Shown: in pieces, positions 37,157 to 47,760 of the stretch | Numbering within the stretch: the stretch's first letter is position 1 | Layout: every line of letters begins with the position of its first letter | Assembly: GCF_006345805.1 (NCBI RefSeq) | Contig: NW_021832829.1 | Coordinates: 124,001 to 188,000 of the forward strand | Origin: Octopus sinensis | Lineage: Eukaryota | DNA: 64,000 nt | Direction of reading: 5' to 3' | Made by a program: the position numbers and the translations under genes | The notes under the pieces: generated by a model | What the model was told of the DNA's origin: nothing | What the model saw: the letters and a program-made list of their open reading frames with translations, nothing else | Database searches by the model: none

Positions 37157-38127
37157 ATTTTATTAAAGTTTGTTTTGATTTATTTGCTTTTGTTTTCAAC
37201 GACGAAAAAGGATTTATTCAATTTAAATCAGTCCGCTGTGCGAGACTAAATGTTGAGGATGATATTAAGGTGTGTTTTTATCAAAGGATTCAGAGATATA
37301 CAAATTATTCGTCAATAAACAACATTATCTATTAATTGAATAATTTTTTTCTTAGTTATTTTAAACTCGATAAGGGATACGCGAATTGAGGCTGACTTAT
37401 ATGAAGAACTTCTCAAATTCTTCAGACCAATTTCCTAGAGCAGATCCACTTGATCAATATTGAAGAATTTTTAAAGAAATATTGCAGAATTTTTAAGGCA
37501 AAGATGCTCTATAAAAATTATTACTGATATGCCATAAATCGAGGACGAATTCTTAATAAAACAGACAAAGACGAAAAATCAAAAAAGAAAGCTAATTATT
37601 TTACAGTATTAGGCAATACGAGGTCTTTTTCGATTTCTTGCAATTTTTTGACTTAATCTTAGGAAAAATTTATTTACAAAGTGATAACAAGTGACAAGTA
37701 GCGTTTCCCTACATTACTGCCAATCTCTGTTCTATTATTCTTGAAATCTCTAAATTTCTAATAAAGTATGAATAACGATGTCAATTTTCATAAATGGATC
37801 AATTTTGTCATTCTTTAATGCTTTATCTGGCTTTACTTTTCTCTAGACATGTTTTTGCTGATTCTAATATTACTGAAAAAGTTTCTATTTAGTATACAAA
37901 TATATTGTAGAAAAGGCTCGTCGTTTTAATTAAAGATGTACTAACAGATTTTCTACAGATTTCTGGTAATTTTCTCTAATGAAATTATTTTTGTAGAATC
38001 AGAGTTGGGTTTTGACATTGATTTTGACAAATTCAAGGCATTGATCATTTTGTATAATTCCTTTAGAAAATGTTACAATCTAATACCAATATTGATTCAG
38101 GTGAAATTGATAATAATTATTCTAGAC
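37157..38127 (+). repeat. Dispersed repeat, inverted relative to 61448-62411
   Basis: Reverse-complement alignment by eye: 37632-38127 is identical to 61448-61943; the remainder is diverged with indels. Confidence 0.93.
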
Positions 38128-38220
38128 CAGTGGTTCTCAAACTTTTTTTCCTTGCGTACCCCTTGCCATCTAAATAATTTTTCGCGTACCCCTTATCGAT
38201 TTTTAAAAAATTAAGGAAAA
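38128..38220 (+). mobile_element. hAT-Charlie/Buster terminus inserted into the repeat
   Basis: CAGTGGTTCTCAAAC follows the target TTCTAGAC (nnnTAnnn). The other repeat copy has the empty site. CGTACCCC subterminal repeats are present. Confidence 0.75.
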
Positions 38221-38287
38221 AAAAAATATTTAATTAATGAGATGGATGGTGTTGTTTATCAATCACTAATCTATCGATTTCTGGATC

Positions 38288-38530
38288 CTATAAGTTGAAC
38301 AGGGAAGGGGACAACACAGAACCCTGCGGTACCCCATTTGGAAGATAGCGTTGTTTTGAACAGTGGTCCATAAGGAAGACGTATCCCGATAAGAAGTTTT
38401 CAAGCCAGGATTTGAAGTTTGAGTTTAGGTCTGTCTTTAAAATTTTGTTGATGAGTTTTTGTTGAGTCCAGTGGTTTAAAACTATGTTGAGTATGGCAAG
38501 TTGGCAAATGTTTGGATATTCGGGCAAGGA
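38288..38530 (-). mobile_element. LINE RT fragment related to the 40.5-43.4 kb element
   Basis: WLENFLSG and PNGVPQGSVLSPSLFNL. Confidence 0.7.
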
Positions 38531-38717
38531 TTAATCTTTCAAGGATTTTAGCTAGGGTAAAATAACTAATTGGTTAATTTGATTTTATTTAGTTTTTATA
38601 ACTAGTAATATTAAAGAAATTTCAAGTTTACAAAATCAAAATTGTGTCTGTGCTTCTTGTGTGATTTAATTGAATTATATAGATTAATTTTCGAATCTTT
38701 TACCAAATTATTAAAAG

Positions 38718-39253
38718 ATGAAAACAGCTTTGGATGCAAATCTAACAAAATTGATGAAATCAATTTTCACTCAGCGGAAATATCTGTCGCCCAATATATT
38801 TAAGCGATGCATGCTATCCACAAATACTAACCCATCTCACTGTATAAAAGATGATGGAAATAATCAAAAAACTGAATCTTTTATATCGCTTTTGAGAAAG
38901 TATGTTTTTAATTGAGTTTCTATTGTTAATTGACTATACTTGATTTATCTAGTTCACCATTTATCCGACTTGGTGATCCCAAGAATAAAATTTTAATTGG
39001 AAATGTCACCATTGTTACAAAATCAGATATATATGTGGACTACGGGGGAAAATTTAACGCAATTGTGAAAAATTCTTTTAAAAACGAGTTAATATTAAAA
39101 TTAATTATTTTCTTTAGGGAAAATATTAAAAGAAACACGAAGGTATACTTGCTACTTAATGAACATGAAAAAGTGGCTAATTATGGGGAAAAGCATTGGA
39201 TAACTCTGAAAGAGGCGGATGCAATTTTACTGGGAGTTTGTAAAGATCAATAA
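38718..39253 (+). CDS. MRPS28: Mitochondrial ribosomal protein S28 (bS1m)
   Basis: After splicing: SFISLLRNSPFIRLG...IYVDYGGKF...LKEADAILLG, matching the S1-like MRPS28 family. Confidence 0.85.
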
Positions 39254-40512
39254 TAAAAAAATATTAACTTTTAGTTTTGTGTAACAATTATGACTTAATT
39301 GATCAATGATGCTTTAATTTTTCCATAGTCCTAATTTTTATTTATTTATCGCTAGCTTTTAAACGAATCTGATATTTAAACTTTGAAAATATCAATGAAC
39401 TGAAAATATTAAATTGATATAAATACAATTAGATATAAAACTTAAAGATTAAAACGACTTTAAAATATATAAATGAAATTCTTTAATAAAATTTTTAACA
39501 TTTAAACTTGTTCGCACAATCGCAGTCCTGAGTCACACACTTGGCTAGAGTTCCTGCATTTTTCAAAAGTCGTGTTTTCTGTAGTTTTGTAAATATCTTG
39601 GAACGGCATTATTCCGCAATTTTTGCGGAATATTGTTAGCGACCAGTAATAGCTTCTTGTTTTTAATAGTATCATAGTTTTTGTCTCATTGTCCACTTTC
39701 AAATTAGTAATTTATAGATTCGTTTATGTATCAAAATAATCATATTATTTTTATAGAATGCAATTTTTGGAAATAAAATCGAAGAATCAGACCAATCAAC
39801 AATCTTCCTCAAAAAATTACTAGCAATATCAATATCCAGTATAACATACAACCGGGCGATTTTCCCCGAATCCGCCTATAATAATCATACCATTGACGAT
39901 CTGAACTTGAAGATTCTCAGTGAGAAATCAGATTGCCTGAGTGCTCAGAAAATCATCAAATGGCTGAGAGGGGCTTTGACGCTATAAACAGAAAATTTGT
40001 ATTTTTTAATTATATAATTTAGCTGAGGGCGATTGTTTTGGAGGTAACATTTGATAGCAATAAACTTAATTAAATAGTTTTTAAACGACGAAAATAGATC
40101 AGAAGTATTTTCCCACTGACCTGTTATTTTTAGAAAATTATTGAAAAAATACACATTAAAATTTTTTATTTTAATGAAAATAAATTAGACATTTACAAGT
40201 TAGTTTTAGTAAATATATTTTATAGTTAAAACAATCGAATACAAACTTTATTTTCTGAAATGGACAATAAATCCGCAACATTTAAACCTGTTCGCACAAT
40301 CGCAGTCCTGACTCACACACTTGGGCCACTTCCGTCTGAAATAAAAATAAACATGAAACTATTTTATTATAACGAAAGTGAATATATTATTCGAATATTT
40401 TGGTTACTCCTGTTGACTATGAACACAAGGAATTATTCCAACAGCTGAACCTCTTAATAAATTCACTGAAGATTGCATCTCAGTTAACGTCGGCTCAGTT
40501 CAGACGGTTTTT

Positions 40513-43406
40513 ATTATTATTATTATTATTAGAACCAAGATCACCGTCCAAAACATAAAACTAATTAATCAGGTGATCCCGGCTTCTCTGAGGAGGGTCC
40601 TCAACTTTGCCCGGTGCTCCTCCCTTGTCCCGGCACAATTTCTGTGAGGGCGCGGTGGTGGTGTTTTTGGCCCTGTAGCCCCGAGGTTTCTTCTCAAGAT
40701 TTCATTAAATGGGGCGATGAGTAGATGTTTTTCGGTCCCTGCAGTGCTTTTCGGAAGCGATCTTGAGTTTTCTCGATTTCAGCGCGGTTCGTTCCACTGA
40801 TAAACCCTCCCCACGCCTCACAAGCATAGCTAAGGGAGGGTTCGATGAATTGCCGGTATAAGGCTTGTCGTGCGGGGAAGCTGATACACTGTCTGCATTT
40901 ACGAAGAAACACTTTCAAGATGTTCAGTTTCTTCATGCACCTCGTAGTAATATTATCGACTTGTTGAGAAAAACACATATGACTGTCGTAAGTCACCCCG
41001 AGGATTTTCTGAGATTTTTGAAACGGGATTTCCATGTTATTTAGGTACAGGTTCACCACCGTTTTCCCAAGCTTCCTTGCTGAGGTCATAAGCGTGGTAA
41101 CCGATTTTTCCGAACTCGTTGGTAGTCGGTTTAGCGAGAGCCAACTTTCGAGATTGTTAAGGTGGTTCTGCAGTTTTGTACTCGCCGTGTTCACCTCACG
41201 GCTCCGGGTAGCAATTACGATATCGTCAGCGTATGATAAAATGATTGAGTCTTTGTCGTTTGGTAGCGGAAGATCCGATAAGAATAAGTTGAACAGGGCT
41301 GGTGAAAGGGGGGAGCCTTGAGGGACCCCGTTTGGAAAGTATCGAGACATCGATCTTGTATTGTTTTGTTGGATTCTGCCTCTTCGGCCGCTGAGGAAGT
41401 TAGCTAGCCACATTTTCAGTCTTGGGTGAATTCCACTAAGGTATATTTTCCTGGTCAGTATTTTTCTGGGGACGGAGTCAAAAGCCTTATGGATATCCAC
41501 TGAGCACATAACCGTTTTTTGGTTATACGGTTTGGTAGATAGTCCATCTGAGATGAAGTTCGTCAGAGTGACAAGGTGCGAGGTGGTTGATTTACCACAT
41601 TTAAATCCATGTTGAAAGTCCAAATCCGGGAGATATTGTTTGATGTGGTTGAGTATAAGTTTTTCCAGAACTTTGGAAAGGACGCAGAGGAAAGATATTG
41701 GCCTGTAGGACGCCGGGTTGTCTTTTGGTCTCCCTGGTTTCAGAATAGGACGAATGTGTGCCATTTTCCATAGTGTGGGTATTGCGTTGTTGTTTATAGA
41801 AAAGTTGTAAATTTGACAGAGAGCTGATATTGCCACCGGTCCTAGGTTTTTCACCAGGATAGTAGGAATTCCGTCGGGTCCACAAGAGCCAGTGCTTCTT
41901 AAATTTCTGATGGTCTGAGACACCTCCTCTTGAGTGAGGATAATCATGTCCCGACATCTTCGAGGTTTCAACGACTTCAAGCGTGGTCCATCGTATTTCC
42001 TGTGGGGGATGTTGCTGATCCCAGCGTAGAACTTTATCAGTTTGTTGGTGAAGGGAACCGCATTATCCTCACCCGCTTCAAATCTCTCAGGGTTTGTGAA
42101 TCTTCCTAGGGATGCCCATACTTTTGTTAGTGGGACCTCCGCATTTAATCCTCTGGCGAACTTTTCGGCCCTCCCGTACCGTTTGTCTTTTGCAGATTGT
42201 TTTATGACTTTATTCAGTAGTCTGATCCGATGCCGGTTATCTTTTGTAAGGTGAGAGCGACCTTTCAATGAGTTCCGTTCCTCGATTAGAGGTAGAATCC
42301 CCGACGGAAATTTTCTTACTGGTTTTGGGTAAATTTTCCTCATTTTTAAGAATAATTTTCTTCCAATCAAAATTGTTCGGTAGAAGTGCTTGAGGGCGTT
42401 GTCGATGGAGTCGAAATCATGTACATCAAAGTTAACCAGTGCTTTGTCAATGGAATAGGCAAAATTGACCCAATCTGCGTGCTTGTAGTCGTATTTCAGG
42501 TTGTGGAGCCCCTTTCTAATGGGCAATTTGACTTGGACTTTTATAATTAGCGGATTGTGATCGCTCCGTAGATCGTAGGTAACGCCCCATTTGACCAGAG
42601 GTGCGAGGTTAGAGGAGCAGAGGGTCAGATCGGGGGAGGTGGGCTTGTCCTTGGTGTTGTAAGGAGTTCTTGTGTGCAGTGAGGGGTTGTTCAGGATTAC
42701 AAGGTTGTCCAATTGCTCGAGAATAGACTTTCCTCGGGAGTCAGCGGTTTGTGACTTTAACCAATGCGGGTGTTTTGCATTCAAGTCCCCAAAAATAATT
42801 AGATTATCGTGATTATCAAACGGGCGTAGATCTGTGATAAAATGTTTCGGGCACGATCCTGTTGGCGGGATATACATATTGCAAATCACTATGTTTCCAA
42901 GTGAGGTGGGGATAGTAATTGCAGAAAATTCCAGACTCGTGTTTTTGCTTCCTTTAGAGCTGAGCGAAGGGGAGCTCTCCTGGTAAGTGATTCCCTTCTT
43001 AATAAGTGTTATGAGACCGCCTCCACGGCCTGAGGGTCTGTCCAGGCGTTCCATGTGGTAGTTGGGGAAACGTGGAGACCTCGAAGAAGGATTGAGTTTT
43101 GTTTCTTGGAGTACACATATGTCGATATCATGCTTGATCAAAAAAGAGTTTAGTTCTGTTGATTTTCCAGTAACTCCGTTGATGTTCAGTTGGAGAATTG
43201 ATATATGCCTCTTTGGGCCGGGATTAGGCTCCACATCCCCACTGATAGTGAGAAGGGCAAAACGGGAGAGTGAGGTCCACAGAGAAGGCCGCCCCGGACT
43301 GACGATAGTCGCGAGGGGATGAGGGAATGATTCTTTTTCTAATCCAATAACTGGATTTTTGCGCCACCACAAAAGGCGAATCACACGACGCATGGGTTTT
43401 GGGTGC
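40513..43406 (-). mobile_element. APE-RT LINE (I/Ingi/Jockey-like) with N-terminal 2A peptide, (AAT)6 tail and 9-bp TSD
   Basis: Uninterrupted ORF 43393-40694 with QLNINGV, LQETKL, GDLNAKH, SDH, YRPIS, DIHKAFDSV, GVPQGSPLSP and YADD. TSD ACGGTTTTT at 40504-40512 and 43407-43415. Confidence 0.95.
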
Positions 43407-43680
43407 ACGGTTTTTGTTTGTTTTTAAATTTTAGCCGTGGCATGGGTTTTTTATTTTTTTAAGTTTTTCTGTAAAATCGACCGCTCTTGAAACATTAAGC
43501 TCTGATTTAATTTCACTTGATTCTCCTGCCTCTTCTGTAAATGACACGATATGTTAGCACCAATCTTTTTTATAAAGTGACGGGAGAATGTGTGGAGAGT
43601 CCAAATCTCGGTGTAACCTGTCCTTGTGGTTTTCAAGAAGTTATTATTCTTTTACTGACGACTAATGATAATTTGTAATA

Positions 43681-46420
43681 AAAATAAACATGCCCTTCCC
43701 GTCTCTGATGCAGAGGATTTTCTGCGATATCTGTCCGCTTTGCGACGGTGCAGGTACATTCCCGTCAGGATTCCGAAGGCAGTCAGGTTACTTGCTGCAG
43801 AGAGTCTTGCCACCTTGATTGGAAATGCCACGAAGAAACACTCCGACGCCCTTTCGTGGGCAAAACTATTCCTCTTTCCCGTCTACGCTTTGGGCGTCCC
43901 GATACAGCAACAAAGGGATGGGCAATCTCTTGCTAAAGTTTTGAAAGCGCAGATCGGTGAATTCATGTCCAATTTCGAGTCCGTCCTCTGCCCCCCTACC
44001 GAAGGGACGCACAAAGTTGAAATAAGGCCTTCAAAGGCATCTGAGGCCGAAAGGATACGGCGGCTGGTACGGACAAAACTCATGGAAGGGGACGTAAAGG
44101 CCGCTGTACGAACCATATCCTCGGACCTGGGCACCCTTCCATACAGCACTGCTACTGTTTCCGCATTGAAGGCGAAACATCCCAGCGCCCCTGAAGATTT
44201 TCGTGAATTCCACCTCCCTAATGTCATGCCACTAGTAGCCTCGGCCCCGGACGTCTCCGATAGCCTGAAATCCTTCCGCCGCAGCAGCTCTGGCGGTGTG
44301 GATGGCCTAAGGCCTGGGCATGTTCGTGATTTGATATGCCGGCTCTCAGGGGAAAACAATACTACCTTGCTCAAAAAGATCGTCGAACTCTCTAACAAGA
44401 TTCTGTCCGGCGACTTATGCTCTTTTGCCCGTGAACTGATCTTCTCCTCATGTTTGACGGCCCTAAAGAAGGCGGATGGCGGAGTTCGCCCCATTGCTAT
44501 CGGAAACATTTTCCGAAGGATTGCTTCCAAGATAGCAAGCAAGGCAGGCTCTGGGGAACTTCTATCGTACTTCGTACCAACACAGCTCGGAGTTGGTGTC
44601 CGAGGAGGCGCTGAGGCCGGGATCCATGCTCTACGTGAGTTTGTTTTTTCTTCCACGGATTCCCAACGAATTCTGGCCAAGATCGACTTAAAGAATGCAT
44701 TCAATTCTGTTAGAAGCGACTGTATTCTTGAAGCTTGCGCCAAAAAAATTCCGCACATCCTACCGATTGTCAATTTGGCATACTCCAAGCCTTCCGCGCT
44801 TGTATTCGGAACAACAATACTTGATTCTGCCAATGGAGTTCAACAAGGTGACCCTCTAGGTTCTCTTTTATTCTCCCTCGCAATTCACCAAACAACGAGA
44901 TCGTGTAAAAATGATCTTAACATGTGGTATTTGGATGATGGAGTAATTGGAGGAACCCCCGAAGGCATCTTGGAAACGCTGAAGTCTCTTGTTTTTAATT
45001 TTGGAGCGCTTGGGCTTGAATTCAACTGCGGCAAATGCGAAATTGTGAATGTCAACACGGACGAACTTTCCTTTCGTAAGTGGATGACCGAATTCAACAA
45101 ACTGCTACCTGGATGCACCTTCCCCCTCAAAGAAGACTTGATTTTTCTTGGATCTCCTATTTTTGAAAGTGGTATCAAAGCTGTTATGAAGGCTAAAATT
45201 TCGGAATTTTCCTTTCTCTCTGAAAAATTACGTTGTGTGGATAGCCACATTGGGCTCTTTTTAATGAGGAACTGTCTATCTATTCCGAAGTTAACATATT
45301 TTTTGGGGACGGCCCAATGCTATCAGGAAACAGATCTTCTCGAAGACTATTCTGAGCATATGAGAGCTTGCACAGAGGACATCCTCAACGTTAGCTTCGA
45401 TACGCAGTCGTGGAGACAGGCGACTCTTCCAATTTCCCTGGGAGGGATCGGCTTGATCACCCCGGCAGATTCAGCGCACGGCGCATATTTTTCCTCAGTA
45501 CTCTCGTCCAGAGATATGATCGACACTGTTCTTTCTCAAATAAACGAACAGAGGAAATCATTTGCTGTGGATGATTGCGTCGCCGTATGGGAAAAGCTGG
45601 GATTGCCATTGCCATCTGATGTGACCTGCCAATCGGAGTGGACGTCGAAAATCCACGCCAATACGTTTTCATGCCTAAAGGAAACCATGGACCATAGAAG
45701 GTTGGCTTGTTTACAAGCGGGCAGCCAGCCCCTAAGCGGCGCGTGGCTAAACTGTTACCCTTGTAATACAACTGGCTGCCTTCTTAATGATGAAGCTGTA
45801 AGAATTGGAGTTTGTCTGCGCCTCGGTCTACGCGTTTATGAAAAACCATAATGCCGGTGCGGCGTGTGGACTGACGAGTTTGGATATCACTCCCTCTCAT
45901 GTCGAAACGGAATTGGACGTTTCTCACGGCATTCCGAACTGAACCAGATCATCTGTCGATCTCTTCGAACTGCGGGATTCCACACACAATTGGAACCTGC
46001 AGGGATTTTCGTAGAGGACGGCAGAAGACCCGATGGGATGATCACATTTCCATTTCAAAGGGGAAAGTGTCTGGTTTGGGATGTCACGTGTGTGAACTCC
46101 TTTTCTAATCAGAATATCAAATTATGCATCGAGAATCCTGGAGCCCCGTCTGAACGGGCTGAGAAGAGAAAAGCTGAGAAATACGCTGGAATTGGGAATG
46201 GGAGAGTGTTTGTCCCCCTGGCTGTTGAGACGTCAGGAATACAGGGGCCTTCTACTCGGACCCTACTCCAGCGCATTGCCTCATTAATCGAAAGGGTTAC
46301 CGGCGACCCGTGTGAGCACCGGTATTTAATCGAAAGAATATCTATAGCAATAGTCAGAGGCAATACTCTGGCTATCTGCCAATGACCATTTTTCTTTTGA
46401 TATAAAACAATTAAACAATA
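43681..46420 (+). mobile_element. CRE/SLACS-type non-LTR retrotransposon, probably 5'-truncated, 11-bp TSD
   Basis: SSGGVDGLRPGH, GGVRPIAIG, QLGVGVRGGAEA, DLKNAFNSV, GVQQGDPLG, YLDDG, CRCG..H..SC..RH and RPDG REL endonuclease. One in-frame TAA at 45849-45851. TSD AATTTGTAATA at 43670-43680 and 46421-46431. Confidence 0.95.
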
Positions 46421-47309
46421 AATTTGTAATATTTGTAAACATTGGCAATTTGTTTCTCAATTATTGAAGAAAAATAAGCCCCATCGATCCACGTGTGCTA
46501 TAATTGTGCCAAAGTTATCTTAAGATCTTTAATTTTATAAAAAAAACTCTCTCGGATGTCAAAGTGTGATTTTTTAATGATTTTCTAAGATTTGAAAAAG
46601 TATGAATGCACCAACCGATCTCTTGGTTCATTAAGTGCAAAGGCTGTTAAAGTTGATATAAAGTACCATCGCTTAGGATGTCTGTCTATTTCGACGTGAT
46701 CTAATGGCGACAACTGAAACGCTAGAAATAGATTCAAATGTTGGCGACAACATTAGTGAGAGACTTGGAGTGAATCTGCGACAGCATCAGTCTTGGTTAA
46801 AAAACTAGAAAAGTGTCAATTTATAACAAAAAATGATCCACGGGCTAAAAAGTAAATATGAGAGTAATGGAAATATAGAGGGTGGATGATGGTTTGTAAA
46901 TTGAAATTGGCTAAAGGACTTTTCGATTATTTTCCAATTCACTCTCAATGTATTTTTCAAGAAAAAAGAATTTCTTCATCGGTAAAATGTCATGATATCC
47001 TCAATATTTCTATTTCTAAGTGTTCTAGTGTTTATCAAAGTCATTTCTATAATTTTGTTATTGTTTTACTATAAAACCGTTTTATTGTGACAAATCCTAA
47101 AATTATATTTCATTTTAAGATGATGTATGGTTTCCATCAATTTGATTTTTTAGCCATATCGGGCACGGGGCCTGGATTTTGTTCAATGTCTCCGAAAAGA
47201 AGAAGGGCGAGTTTGATGAGCAAAAAAATCCTTGGCTGGAAGCAACGGCTTGCTTTACTGCCCCGACGTCACTTGAGGAATCCGATCAGACAAAGGGGGT
47301 AGTTGTTGG

Positions 47310-47760
47310 TCTTTTCGTAGTTAAAAACTATCATTTGTCACCACAGATGTGAAAAGGAACATAGATGACTTCTCAGCTGATCCAGGTTAAATTGGATCTT
47401 TTCAGTAACCTTTTGGATATCCTTATCCCGTGAAGCCAATACAATGTCATCCGTATATGACAGTAAAACATAATTGTCCTTTACGAGGGACGAAAGATCT
47501 TCCAGGAAAAGATTGAATAGAGCAGGAGATAAGGGAGAAGCTTAAAGTACTCTGTTGGAGAGAAGACGTGACATAGACTTTAGTCCTCCAAAACACCCTA
47601 TCTCTTCGTCCACTTTAGAAAGTTGGTGATCCATAGTTTGAGTTTGTGTGGTAATTCTGTTTGAAATATTATACACAGCATTTTCTCCGACCTTCGAGAA
47701 TTTTTTCCATACAATAAACATCGGCAATCGCTCAGTAAGATCAACCTGGATGACCAAAAG
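47310..47760 (-). mobile_element. LINE RT fragment, homologous to 60430-60690 (+)
   Basis: KLWITNFL, SPLSPALFNLFL and SYTDDIVL. Confidence 0.75.

Larger units (their letters stand above)
39757..47302 (+). pseudogene. HORMAD: Meiotic HORMA-domain gene (Hop1/HORMAD type with PHD-wHTH region), interrupted by two retroelements and frameshifted
   Basis: DQSTIFLKKLLAISISSITYNRAIFPESAY; KWLRGA-FDAINRKF|LRAIVLE; VRTIAVLTHTLGPLP...MKLFYYNE; VNVGSVQT|PWHG; TCPCG..MIICN|ICKHWQ..HVCYNC; ISERLGVN..TASVLVKKLEK; PKRRRASLMSKKI. Confidence 0.85.

Noticed and set aside
37650-37990. Alternative genetic code (TAR = Gln) for the host
   Set aside because: Host genes terminate at TAA, TAG and TGA at expected positions. 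C-to-T decay explains the in-frame stops.
43330-43406. HDV-like ribozyme at the LINE 5' end, as in L1Tc/ingi
   Set aside because: A CGCC/GGCG hairpin followed by CAA is present, but I could not build P1/P2 or a canonical L3 loop. An RNA motif search would be needed.
43883-44833. 316-aa antisense ORF (and similar antisense ORFs at 16259-16714, 18019-18336 and 41034-41321)
   Set aside because: Shadow ORFs opposite genuine coding sequence, with no independent motifs.
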